Below, one piece after another: positions 13,508 to 25,300 of a DNA stretch of 64,000 nucleotides; the stretch's first letter is position 1, and each line of letters opens with the position of its first letter. The translations under genes and the position numbers were made by a program. The stretch is taken from NCBI GenBank assembly GCA_973895155.1, contig OZ316894.1, forward strand, positions 14,647,680 through 14,711,679, written 5' to 3'. A model generated the notes under the pieces. The model ran no database searches, was not told where the DNA came from, and was given only the letters and a program-made list of their open reading frames with translations. This DNA is from Marsupella aquatica. Its lineage: Eukaryota > Plantae > Marchantiophyta.

Positions 13508-14281
13508 TCATTTAGAAACAACTCTCTTCTTATTGGTAACAACAGCTTGTCCATTGCGCAAGTAGGCTACCAATCCTTGGTCTTTGGCTACCCTCACCTT
13601 CTCAAGCTCAATTTTCCTTGCTTGGACTTGTGTGGGAGTCAGATCATCATCCAACCAAATCCTTAGCCCTTTAAGCATGCTCCTGTTAGCCATCACTCTA
13701 GCTTTCTCGGATTCAGCTGCAAACTTCACCAAGATTGGACGTGGAAGGTCCCCATTCTTTTGCCCAATCCTATATGCTTGCAAAATGATAGGGTCATGCA
13801 CTTTCATCTGAGATTGGAAGAATGAAATTGCTACCTTCTTGGTGTCTTCCTTCTCCTCCTCAACAAGGCCTGATATTTTGCAGTTGCTGACTCTTGCATG
13901 CTGGTTCTTGTGTTCTTCCTCTAGTGCTCTCCTCTCCTCCTCCTTGGCTTGGATAAATTCCATATGTGATTGTTTTGCAGCCTGTGCAAAGGTTTTGAGC
14001 TTCTCCTCAATCTCCCCTACAGCCTCATGTATCACTGATTTCTCTGGGCACATACTCTTCTCCATGTCTCCAAAACACGATGCAAGCAATGAGAGTTGCT
14101 TACCATTCTCCTGAGTTTGAGATCGAAGATCACTAATCAACCTCTTTTGCTTGACATTCTCATTCTTTAGCTCCGTCACCTCCTTGCTGAGCGTGGTAAT
14201 CTCAATTGCGGAGTTTTCAGCCACAACTAAGATTTTCTCAAGCAAAGCCTTGAGATGGGCAATCTCCTCCGTTGCCATCAC
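13508..14281 (-). CDS. LINE ORF1p (coiled coil plus RRM-like/CTD) of an RTEX-like element
   Basis: Coiled-coil N-half, then ISGLVEEEKEDT...AYRIGQKNGDLPRPILVKF...LDDDLT as in LINE ORF1 proteins. Its end TCTAAATGATGG matches the ORF1/ORF2 junction seen at 32424. Confidence 0.8.
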   Translation of the reverse strand: MMATEEIAHLKALLEKILVVAENSAIEITTLSKEVTELKNENVKQKRLISDLRSQTQENGKQLSLLASCFGDMEKSMCPEKSVIHEAVGEIEEKLKTFAQAAKQSHMEFIQAKEEERRALEEEHKNQHARVSNCKISGLVEEEKEDTKKVAISFFQSQMKVHDPIILQAYRIGQKNGDLPRPILVKFAAESEKARVMANRSMLKGLRIWLDDDLTPTQVQARKIELEKVRVAKDQGLVAYLRNGQAVVTNKKRVVSK

Positions 14282-14343
14282 AAAGCTGAAACTGTTGTTA
14301 GAATGTACTCTTAGATGACAAATAGAAATTGGGAGCAGTAGAG

Positions 14344-15063
14344 GATGTCAGTTGCAGCTCTACCTTTGCCAGTGATACACTCTCGCTGTTTGCAACACTC
14401 TGCCAAAATCTGAGCTCAAACCGCAGCCGATTGCCCTTCCAACTCGAAGTGAAATTTCGCCCCAAGCTCAGAATTTCGAAACTGGACACGTAGCAGATCG
14501 TGCATGCTAAAGTGCATACCAAACGATGTCGGTTGCAGCTCTAACTTTGCCAGTGATACATTCTCGCTGTTTCCAATGCTCTGGCAAAGTCTGAGCTTAA
14601 ACCGTAGCCAATTTCCCTTCTAACTCGAAGTGAAATTTCGCCCCAAGCTCAGAATTGCGAAACTGGAGACGTAATAGATCGTGCATGCTAAAGTGCATAT
14701 CAAACGATGTCGGTTGCAGCTCTAACTTTGCCAGTGATACATTCTTGCTGTTTCCAATGGTCTGGCAAAATCTGAGCTCAAACCACAGCCGATTGCCCTT
14801 CCAACTCGAAGTGAAATTTCACCCCGAGCTCAGAATCGCGAAACTAGAGACGTAGCAGATCGCGCATGCTAAAGTGCATACCAAACGATGTCGGTTGCAG
14901 CTCTAACTTTGCCAGTGATACATTCTCGTTGTTTCCAATGCTCTGGCAAAGTCTGAGCTTAAACCGCAGCCGATTGCCCTTCCAACTCGAAGTGAAATTT
15001 CGCCCCAAGCTCAGAATCGCAAAACTGGAGACGTAGCAGATCGCGCATGCTAAAGTGCATACC
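14344..15063 (-). repeat. Four tandem 181-bp monomers forming the LINE 5' UTR (candidate internal promoter array)
   Basis: GATGTC anchor recurs at 14344, 14525, 14706 and 14887; the array lies directly upstream of ORF1 and ends abruptly at Copia RT sequence. Confidence 0.85.
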
Positions 15064-16800
15064 TTAAGCAGAGCGGCCGCACATGGTATAAACAATTTAA
15101 AGCAGAAATGTTAGCACTGAACTTTGTTAACGATGACATAGCTCCTTGTCTTTGCCTGAAACAAACCGGAGCTGAATATATAATTGTCGCTATATATGTA
15201 GACGACATCAACATCTTTGGTACTCCTACTATAGTTAAAGAAACGATAGAAACACTGAAACATATCTTTCAAATGCGGGATCTTGGAGAGCCCAAATACT
15301 GTCTTGGACTTCAGTTTGATTATGTGCAGGGTGGCATTCTAATCAACCAAGCAACGTATACGAAGAAGATACTCAAAAAATTCAACATGGACTCTGCTCA
15401 TCCAGTGAGTACTCCAATGGAGCTGAGGTCGCTCGATCCTAATAAGGATACTTTCAAGAAGAGAACAAAAGCAGAACCAACACTAGGACCAGAAAGACCA
15501 TACCTTTCAGCAATTGGGGCCCTCATGTACCTCGCAAATCAAACACGCCCCGACATCTCATTTGCTGTCAATCTACTGGCGCGGCACAGTTCACAGCCAA
15601 CAAAAAGACATTGGAATGGCATAAAATGAGTTTTTTGATACTTACAGGGAACTGCCGACTTGGGATTAATGGTAATGGTAATGGTAATGGTAATGGTATT
15701 CTTTCCCAACAATGCTAATAGCGAACTGACAGGGTTTGCAGATGCTGGCTACCTCTCTGATCCCGATGATGCCAAATCGCAAACGGGCTACGTCTTCCTC
15801 CAAGGAAATACCGCCATATCCTGGTGGAGCTCCAAACAAACACTTACGACCACCTCCTCTAATCAAGCAGAGATCATAGCGCTATACGAGGCCAGTCGTG
15901 AATGTATATGGCTCAGACAAGTGATCGATCATATAAACAAGAATATAGGGAGACCACTTTTAGACACACCAACTATAATCTACGAAGATAATCGACCTTG
16001 TGTCGATCAAGTTACACAGGGCTTCATCAAAGGTGATTGAATAAAACACATTGCGCCAAAGTTTTTCTATACTCACGAACAGCACGGTGATAAGATCCAA
16101 GTTCAATGGATTCCAAGTAAAGAAAACCGAGCAGACCTTTTCACCAAACCACTCCCTACTGCTCTTCATCAAGAACATGCATTCGGAATCGGGATGCGCA
16201 GACTTTCCACACTTTTACAAACAGCCAATTAGTCTGATGTTTTCTAACACAAAACATTCCAACCCTAACTCGTAATACACTCGATGCTATTTGATAGTGA
16301 TGCAATATTGTTACGCTAAACACTACTCAATAATCCTCACACAGAACAATTACTTATCGACTTTACAATTACTATAGAATGACCCTATGACATGTAAAGT
16401 AGTGGCACTCTTTCCTTCAGAAGAAAGCAGGAAGGTTTTAAGGAGACCATACTAAGATATAGGGATCAAATTCAACACTTAGAGTTACAATCTATATATA
16501 GTGGCTCTTTTATACACCAATAAAAGACCCAAGGGGGAGTGTTATAACACCTAGATTACACTCCAAGTGGACTTTACTTTATAGTCTAAGTAACCCTTAG
16601 AAGTTAGGCACTTATCCAACTGCCCTCATATGTAACTCCGAGGTATATACATTGGATGTATATACCGACCTCCATCTCCGAATCCACTTACAACGTGAAG
16701 CAATCGAAAGCGAATCTTCCCCCACTCGAACCGAAGAGCTCCCTACTCACAAACGAAACAATCGACCACACAATCCGCAAATACATTAGGGCGTATCACA
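15063..16800 (+). mobile_element. 3' half of a Ty1/Copia Bianca-lineage element (RT, RNase H, PPT, 3' LTR 16540-16800)
   Basis: LKQSGRTWY, YVDDINIFG, PYLSAIGALMYLANQTRPDI, FADAGYLSDP, IYEDN; PPT AAGGGGGAG at 16531-16539; TGTTATA...TATCACA ends. Premature stops present. Confidence 0.85.
15669..15698 (-). repeat. (ATGGTA)x5 insertion identical to the family A LINE tail
   Basis: Removing the 30 bp restores DLGLFFP in the Copia RT-RNase H linker. Confidence 0.85.
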
Positions 16801-19083
16801 TCCAATGTATATTCCTCCAATGTATATTCCTGCTTGCCGCTGAGGGCCCATTTTGGTTCGTTTGGGGCCCAGTATTGGTACCATTACTTGGCAGCCAAAG
16901 GTTCGAAGGTGAGTTATGTTGGGGATGGTGCCGAGTGCCAGAGTGTGTGGTGAGCTTGAGTTGTATGCTGACGGTCTGTAACTGAGTAGTGTGGCAGAGT
17001 GTAGGATGGCATGTCCCCATGCGGTTGTGGGGAGGTTGCTCTGCATCAGTATTGGTCTGGCAATTATTTGGAGGCGTTTTATCAATGATTCCGCTGTCCC
17101 GTTTTGGAAGTGGACGTGGGGGACGGGGTACTGTACGTCTATGCCTGTAGCAGTGCAAAAGTCTTCAAAGGTTTTGGAGGTAAATTCCCCTGCATTGTCC
17201 ACTCTGATTGTCTGGATCTGGTTATCCGGGAATTGTGCTCTTAGTTTCAAGATGTGAGCCAGTAAGCGAGGGAAAACTAGATTTCTTGTGGATAGGAGTG
17301 AGATTTGGGACCATTTAGTTGAGGCATCTATTACTGCTAGGTAAAAGCGGAATGGGCCACTAGGGGGGTCGATCGGTCCACATACATCTGCGTGGATCCG
17401 TTCCAGAAAGTTGGGGATTCTGGTTCCAGGTGGGGTTGGTGAGGGCCTTATTATCAGTTTACCTTGTGAACAGGCAAGGCATGGTCCGAGCATAGATGTG
17501 GGGTGTACTGTAGGCGGTATGCCCTTGGTCTGTTTAACGATTCTCTGGAACATGTTAAGGCCCGGGTGGCCAAGTCTCCTGTGCCAGATCTCTGTGATGG
17601 GGTTTTGTGGCTTTTGATTCTCTGGCTCGGTATGGAAGCTGTGTATGTTGGTAGTATAAAAGCCGGGGTGATGGGCTTTTAGTGTTTCCAGGATCCCATT
17701 GTTCTGTGGAGTCTTGGATGTGATATGTAGGACTTCGAGTTTGTTGGAAGTCCCAGTTTGGATATGCAGATCATTGGCTCTTATGTCTCCAAAACTTAGG
17801 AGGTTCCTGGTGGCTTTGGGTGCGTATATGGCAGAGTGTATCTTTATCACTGTGCCTTGTGGTAATGTGACGGTTGCAGGTCCGTAGCCCTCCTCTAACT
17901 GATGTTGGCCCATTATGGTGGTGACCTTTCGCTGTGATGGGGTTATGTGGGTAAAGTATTCCTTATTTTTCAGAATTGAATGTGAGGTCCCACTATCGAC
18001 TATACATGAGTGAGGATTGTTTGGGTTCTTTGTGTGGTTCCTTATAATCATGTTGATCTCGGGAAGGATCTCAACGGAGTCCATGAAAGTGCCATATGTT
18101 TCAGGTGCGTTTGTGTTCATGCTTTTCTTATAAAGGGCTACTAGATGTGAAGGTGCTCTGCAGTGTTTCTGAATGTGCCCTTTAGTTCCACAGCGAAAAC
18201 AGAGAGGGGGGTTGGTGGTCATATCTCGTTGGTTGTGCTGGTCCTCGTTGAACTTCGTGCGATTCTGATTATTGTTCTCTCTCGTCCAGGTGTTCCACGA
18301 GCTCCTGCCGTTGTATCTCGATCTGCCTTGGCCGCGTCCTCGGTGGAAATTCCCTCTGCCGCCTCGTTGAAAGTTATTGCTTCGACCCCTATTCGGGCTG
18401 CGTCCCCTGGTGCCTGCGCGGCCTCGATAGTTTCTTGATTCTCCCCTCTGTGGTGTGGCGTAGTTGGTCTCGGGAGCTGATGTGGACGGGAGGGTCCCCG
18501 GTGGGCGTTTCTGCGAATTTTGTAGTAGTAGGAGCTGGTGCTTTTCAGCCAGCAGCATATGCGCAATTAGTTCGGAGTATTTGGTAAAGGCCATATTCCT
18601 GTATTGTGTAGAGAGGATAAGGTTTGAAGAATGAAGAGTTGACAGTGTTTTTTCGATCTGCTCTGCATCGTTTATTGGTTGGCCGCAGATGGCCAGTTGT
18701 GCGATGATCCTGAATAGCTCACTGTTATAATCTGCGACCGTCTTGTAGTCTTGGACGCGCAGATTGATCCAGTCGTGGCGAGCTGCGGGTAGGTAGATAG
18801 TTCGAATGTGATCGAAACGGGATTGTAGGTCATCCCATAGTAGCCGGGGATTGAATTCGTTCATGTATTGTTTCTTCAATGGCTCGCATAGATGGTGCCG
18901 AATTAGTATTAAGGCCTTCGCCTTTTGTGGGAGAGTAGTTCCCGCATCTGTAATGATCGTGTCTTGGAGTTCTTTTGCTGCGAGGTGGGCCTCAATATCT
19001 AGAGTCCAGGATAGGTAATTTGCGCCGTCTATACTCAGAGGTTGAAATAGGAGTTTCTCGATGGAGTTAGTGGGTACAGCCAT
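16786..19083 (-). CDS. Copia (Bianca) gag-protease-integrase polyprotein, truncated within integrase
   Basis: GANYLSW gag start, CFRCGTKGHIQKHC knuckle, IVDSGT protease, WHRRLGHP GAG-pre-integrase, HADVCGP..VDNAGEF..NGTAE integrase. Confidence 0.93.
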   Translation of the reverse strand: MAVPTNSIEKLLFQPLSIDGANYLSWTLDIEAHLAAKELQDTIITDAGTTLPQKAKALILIRHHLCEPLKKQYMNEFNPRLLWDDLQSRFDHIRTIYLPAARHDWINLRVQDYKTVADYNSELFRIIAQLAICGQPINDAEQIEKTLSTLHSSNLILSTQYRNMAFTKYSELIAHMLLAEKHQLLLLQNSQKRPPGTLPSTSAPETNYATPQRGESRNYRGRAGTRGRSPNRGRSNNFQRGGRGNFHRGRGQGRSRYNGRSSWNTWTRENNNQNRTKFNEDQHNQRDMTTNPPLCFRCGTKGHIQKHCRAPSHLVALYKKSMNTNAPETYGTFMDSVEILPEINMIIRNHTKNPNNPHSCIVDSGTSHSILKNKEYFTHITPSQRKVTTIMGQHQLEEGYGPATVTLPQGTVIKIHSAIYAPKATRNLLSFGDIRANDLHIQTGTSNKLEVLHITSKTPQNNGILETLKAHHPGFYTTNIHSFHTEPENQKPQNPITEIWHRRLGHPGLNMFQRIVKQTKGIPPTVHPTSMLGPCLACSQGKLIIRPSPTPPGTRIPNFLERIHADVCGPIDPPSGPFRFYLAVIDASTKWSQISLLSTRNLVFPRLLAHILKLRAQFPDNQIQTIRVDNAGEFTSKTFEDFCTATGIDVQYPVPHVHFQNGTAESLIKRLQIIARPILMQSNLPTTAWGHAILHSATLLSYRPSAYNSSSPHTLALGTIPNITHLRTFGCQVMVPILGPKRTKMGPQRQAGIYIGGIYIGCDTP

Positions 19084-19548
19084 CTTCTATCAATTGGTCA
19101 ATTGATCCTGTGATAATAACAATATATCCGTTCGCACTTGACTGAGTGATGATGTGGGGCTATGTCCCTTCTTGAGTCGTTGTCTCTCAAGTTGAATTCC
19201 TGGGTCTGCCTCCGCTTCTTCTATTGTCAGCCCCCTCAAATCCCAATCCGTGGAATCGTGGTCAAATTATACCACTCCCGATCGATCTGCTGCCCGAAAA
19301 ATTAGTTTCTATGGTGCTGAATCAATCGCCTTGGCATGAATGTCCCTCTGAAGCTTGTTTGAAAAAAAAATTCTCGTTGCAGACATCGTGCTGATAACGT
19401 GTTGTAGCTCATCGACAACTAACACCTTTATTCATTCCTCTTCCAATACATATAGTCCCTTAGGCAGGTAGGGTAGTTAGGCGGTTAGTCTTAACCAACT
19501 GTGGTAGGTCTAACCTTAGTTAGGCTAGAGTTAACTCGGGTTACAACA
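16801..19548 (-). mobile_element. 5' half of a second Copia Bianca element with 149-bp LTR (19400-19548) and PBS (19386-19399)
   Basis: LTR ends TGTTGTA...TACAACA, followed on the minus strand by CGTTATCAGCACGA, the Bianca-type internal tRNA-Met primer site. Confidence 0.88.
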
Positions 19549-19789
19549 CTATTCACTCTTTGGTTGCATTATCATGAAGGTCTCCACTTGACTCTATTCT
19601 CTCATTCAACATGGAAGGATCCAATGCGCAGAGGTGTTATCACGAGAAGTGCCTTGCACAGCTTGAGAAGTTTAGGACGACCATTACTGTTCAAGCTAAA
19701 ATTGATAGCTCTTTCTAATAAGTTGTCAATATGGAGTTCTGGTCGGGAGCCTATGTGTTATCCATTGTGTAGTCAAGAAGCCCAAAAGC

Positions 19790-20317
19790 AAAGTCTCATC
19801 ACCAGCCTCCCGGATGATCTGGCAGAGGAACACATTTGGCCTCTACTTTGAAACAAATTTGAATGCTACATTCAACACAATCAACAATATGCGTGTATTA
19901 TCGAGAGTTAGTAGGAAATGGAGATTTCTAATGACTCAATTAAAGGTATGGGCAGCCGTAAAAGTGCTGCTAAACATTGTTAAAAACATATTTGAAGATT
20001 GACATTGGACTCAACACTCAATCGCGTCCACGTTCCAAGTCCTCTTGCATCAAATTCCTCCTATTGATACCCTCAACATGATATCACCTATATCATTGAA
20101 GTCTTGGGTGACATATTATATCTGGAAGACGGAGAGATATGAGATTGATCTGTATGGCAGTTTCTTTGATGAGGATGAGCTTGGAAGGGTCAAGCTATGG
20201 GTGGAGAACAGGCTAAATACATTGGTATGGTGTGACAATATAGCGGGTTGGGAGAGCAACAATCCCGATAGTGGGTACGGGCTTCATAGTGATGATATTT
20301 TATCATTTAGGGTTTAG
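19790..20317 (+). pseudogene. Degraded F-box-like gene fragment
   Basis: LITSLPDDLAEEHIWPLL...RVLSRVSRKWR resembles an F-box; stops and frameshifts follow. Confidence 0.45.
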
Positions 20318-20778
20318 GGTCCATTTTAGGAAGCAGTTGGTCGGCCGCCATGTTGGTTTAGGTTTAGTTTAGAAGGATTTATCCTCACATGCTAGTTTTG
20401 GTTTAGATTTAGTAACATGGACACATTTTGTATGAGTTTGTGATTAATAAATTACTTGACATTTGCATGGCAAACATGTTTGGCACAATATTTTTTCAAT
20501 GTTGACTATCTCACCGACATGCAAACTTGGCGAGGGTCTCTGAGATTATTATTGGCTAGATCTCGGCCACCTTCTCCAAGATATGCTAACGTATGTCAAA
20601 TTGTTGGTCGTATCATTGGACGTACGTCAAATCACCAATGTTGACCACCTCGCGCAAAACTTGGTGAGGGTCTCTGAGATGATTGTTGGCCAGATCTTGG
20701 AAGCCCTCTTTGAGATATGCTTGCGTGCCTCATATTGCTCCAGGTGACAATAGAACATTACAACAACCTCCAATCTCA

Positions 20779-21080
20779 GAGACCCATGCCGACATGGGAT
20801 GACGTACTTTGTCCAAAGGACACAACTTATCGACCCTCTTAATAGTTTTAAAGGTTAGCTACAACATACACCGTGTTTCTCAAAGACCCTCGCCGACATG
20901 GATGATGTACTTTGGCCAGATGACACAACTTGTTGACCCTCTTAACAATTTTAAAGGTTAACTACAACATACACTGTGTCTCTCAAAGACCCTCTCCGAC
21001 ATGGGATGACATACTTTGGCCAGACAACACAACTTGTTGACCCTCTTAATAGTTTTAAAGGTTAGCTACAACATACACCA
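20779..21080. repeat. About three tandem ~104-bp units with GAGACCCTCGCCGACATGG-like anchors; dispersed copies 20500-21360
   Basis: Anchors at about 20781, 20885 and 20988; inverted related motifs near 20530 and 20665. Confidence 0.75.
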
Positions 21081-22009
21081 CGTGGAGCAGAGACTCTCTC
21101 CGAGATGAAATTAACGGTACTCCGTTTCAAATGATGTCAGAGACCCTTGCCAAAATACAATGATGAATACCCAAAAGTGCATGCAAAGCCTACAATCAAG
21201 TGACAATGATGAAGTGCTTGTACAATCCCAAAAACTAATCATGACGGTGAAAAGATTTGACCATTAGAGGTTGATAAAACACCTCCACAACTTGGAGACC
21301 CTCTCACCTCGGAGTCACTGGCCTCCAATCTTAGAGACCCTTGCCGACATGGGATGATATATAGTGGCCTGAGGATGACAAAGCGCTTGTATAGTCCCAA
21401 AAACTAATCATGACGTCTATGACCATGACCAATCACCATAAATTCATTTGTGTTGGCCAAACTTGGAGTGCGTCTAAATAGACATGTTGTTATTACAAGG
21501 GTTGAGTTGAATATGGTAGGATACCAATGATTGCTGAATTGTTAGCGACAATGTTGATGATCGTCTCAACCATAGTAGATCACCTCAACACAAACTCAAT
21601 AGTGTTGACGGGATGTGACATGCATGTGAATAAACATGTACCTGTTATATGACAATTGCTTTTATGCCCGATCCCTGTTTATACATATTTGGTGTAATAT
21701 ACGAGTGGGCGTTGGGTATATGAAGTATGTGAATTAGTTATTCCATACCAGAGTCATTGTTATCAAAGTCCTTGTAAACATGGCGCAAACAAAGATGGAG
21801 GTGAAGGCAATGTGGCAGCGTGGTGCGCCCTCCCATTTTCCCCCTTCTTTCTTATCAAGGAAGAGCACCTCTTCAAGAAGGAAATGGAGGCGCCCAAGGA
21901 GCAACCATATCCAAGCTTCTAAGGCTATTTTTGGATCACCAATTGTATGAGTGTAGCCCATGGCCGGACTGGAGTCTGTGATTGGTGTCCAAGACATGGA
22001 CACACCCAT

Positions 22010-22385
22010 TGTCCCATAGAAGAGGAAACAAGGTTGGCCAAGGAAGCATCCCATCGTAATGTTGATTACGTTACCAGATAATGAAGCTCCTTGGCTCTTG
22101 ACAGAGAAGAGGAAACAAGGTTGTCCTAGGAAGCATCCCATCATCATGTTGATTGCATTACCAGATAATGAAGCTCCTCGGATTTTGACAGAGAAGAGGA
22201 AATGAGTTCATCCCAGGATGCATCCTGTTGCAATGGCTACCACACTGCCTGACGATGACGATGAAGCTCAGATAATGGAGCTCCTCGGCTCTTGATAGAG
22301 AAGAGAAAACAAGGTCATCCCAAGAAGCATCATATTGCAATGGCTATCACACTGCCGGACGGTGATGGTGAAGCTCCTCGTTTGT
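22010..22385. repeat. Degenerate tandem repeat, ~87-105-bp units
   Basis: AGAAGAGGAAACAAGG...AAGCATCC...GATAATGAAGCTCCT recurs about four times. Confidence 0.7.
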
Positions 22386-25300
22386 TGAGATCTTCAGACA
22401 ATGGCAAGGTTGTTGGTTGTGCAAATAGAATCTCAGAGAAGTTGAAGATGCCCACAAATGGTGCTGCTAAGTTCCGCAATTGTGACAACACAACCAGCCA
22501 CAAGGACTTGCCCAGTTCCAAGTGTGCAAAATGTGTTGATGTTGACTCTGGGTTTGCTAAGAAGTTGCTACAGAGTTTGGATAAGGAGATTACAGAACAC
22601 AAAGCATACTTGTGTAATTGTAAAGTTGGGCGCGCTTAGCGCTAGGTTACGGGAATAAAGTACAGTTTGCACATCCCTCCTTGCCTGAACCCTCAGTTTA
22701 TGCCAGCCTAAGCCAAAATCTATGTGAAGACAAATATTTTGGCGTGACAGTTTGAAAACGTCATTCCAATTGACATTTTCATCTCAAGAAATTCCTGCAA
22801 ATATAACTTCTTCAATTTCGGCGGTTGATTCTCTCGAGAATAACTCCCATACTTAATGTGAATGGTGAGAGATTTTTCCTAACCTGATTTTTGAAGTGAA
22901 CTTAGGACATTCATTGCAAGAGGCCCCGGATGAACAGGTTTGGCTGCAACAATTGTAAGATTTTGTGCTACCTCCACAATGTATTGCAAAAGGACCAAAT
23001 TTTTTTCTTATGTCCACTGTTTCTGATGAAGTCAACAATGGGCAAGTGGGCACGTTAGAGATGATTCTTCTAATGCTCTTGGATCCACTATTTTCATTAG
23101 ATTGTCACTAAAGAACGTGACCCACGGTTGGCTCCAAGAATTGTCCCTCCGCTAAATTTCTGGCAGTAAATGTCATCATCCGAGGTGAACTGAGACAGCA
23201 ATATGTGACTCATTTTGGCTCATGTGACTGCATTGTGACTCAACGTGACGTGACCCACGTTGTGACCCTTGGAGTTGCAAAAGTTGAGACCAAAAAATGG
23301 AAGTCACTATTGATACTGGGCTTTGCAACTTGCTTGATACCCATTTGTGACTGATCTGTGACTTTATTGTGGAGTCTAGCTTTGTTACTACGTGATTGCA
23401 ATGTGACTTTAATGAGTCATGGTAAGTCACATACATGACTTTACTCACATTCAACAACGACTATCTTGTGACCATTTAGTGTCACAAGATAGACCACTGG
23501 AGACCCTTGCCCGGGTCACACAACAGAACCATTTGGGCCTCTATATAGTCATGTTTATAACTAATAAGGTTCACATGCAAGCTGTAACCATGACTAATGA
23601 ACACAGAGGGACAGTTCATAAGGAGAGAGAGCACTCCACATTACAATACATAGAAACACTGATGTTCTAACTTTAGAAATATAACACATTGAATACAAGA
23701 AATGAACATAGCATGAATGACAGTAGAAAATGGGAGCTTTCGATAGGAATTTGAGTGGGGAAGAAATGAAACGGCCGACGGTGGGCAGGAGTGTGAGTGT
23801 ATGTTGAGCTTTTGGAATGTAGAGAAAAGGGAGAGGGGAGTTCGCGAGGAGTAGACGACAGAGAGTGGGGTGCTATGAAGTTGGTGGTGAATGGGTGATA
23901 TTCAGCGGAGAATGATGGTTGCTACAGAGATGAGATTTTTGGAAATTCAAGTGAAGGTTGAGGCGTGATGGAGGTTCAGAAGGGAGGTGAGTTGAAACAA
24001 CCAAACGGTAACAGAGTATCAGAAAGGTTATTAGAAGATCTGGAGAGTGAATGAAACAGGACGCATGCTGCCGATCGTCGGGGCTGCTTAATTTTTTTTT
24101 TTTTTTGGGGTGAACGAGGAAGCAGAAGAGAATGCTAAGAATACTGGAGAGGAGGACGAAAAAGGGGATAAGGCTAAGGTCCAAGAAAGAATTCGGAGCT
24201 TGGTAGTCGTGGATGCTGTTGGAAATTTTCTGGGTTAAGAGGGCGAAGCAGGTGCGGCGGGAACGGAGGGCAATGGTGTTGATAAGCTCCTGTTTTGATG
24301 AGATGGCAAAAAAATGAGTAACCGATAGCTTAAGGACAAAGGAGGTGTTCAAATGTGGGAAATGAAATTACAGCAAAGTCGATCAGTTGTTCCAGGAGGC
24401 TGTGATTGTGTTGAAGTGATCATTTGAGGCTAAGGATAGAGGACGTAAGATCGAACGGGATGGAGTGTGGATCTGAGAAAAAAAGGCGTCCAGAGGCAGT
24501 CGAGGAGATCTTGGAGATTTGGTGTGCTTGATTGTGCTGGTTACGTGAAAGACTGCAATCCCCTATCGACGCGGATTCACCTCGTGGCTGTAAGTATAGT
24601 TGTCTAGGTGATGTATGCATTGCGTGTTTAGGGTCTAGGTGACATCGCTGTTGAGCTCAATTTGCGAGCTGCCTAGGTCCATTGCCAAATGCTGCTTCCT
24701 TCAATCGCCTGGTGCCTGCTGTTACAATGGCCTGCTCAATCATGCACCCAATCGCCTGGAGCTCATTCGCCTGGAGCTTCATCCGTCTGATTCATACTGT
24801 TATTGGACCTCCCTGTTGCCCGAAGTGTATACACTCCTAGCATTGTCGTCCCAAACTGCAAAACGCTTCTCCCTGTTCTGTCCTCGTGCTTCACTATTTG
24901 TATTCAGGTGTTTTTATCAGTTTCAGAGGGGAGGTCATTGTTTCTGCAAGCTGTTGGTGAGCTAAGCAGCCGCTGTGTGTAGGTTTAGGGAGCTTGGAGT
25001 GGAAGCCGATGTCCGGGGAACCGTTTGAAGCGGTCTGAAAACTAGTTTCTATAGTTTCTTAGGGACTGATTAGAAAATAAGTTTAAATCACTTTCTAAAT
25101 ACTTTATCTTTCATCAAATCTCATTCACTACTTTTATCTAAGTTTCTAACTCTTAAGCATTTCAAAAGTCCAAAACATAAGTTCCTTTAAGAATCTTACA
25201 TCTTTCAGTTTATTTTATTGTATTGTATTTCTACCCTAAATTTTAACCACTAGTTTCTAAATTTTTCCCTAAGTTCATACTTTGTTTTTAAATCTAATAC

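Noticed and set aside
14344-15063. CRISPR-like array
   Set aside because: Units are contiguous 181-bp tandem copies with no unique spacers and no cas genes; eukaryotic context.
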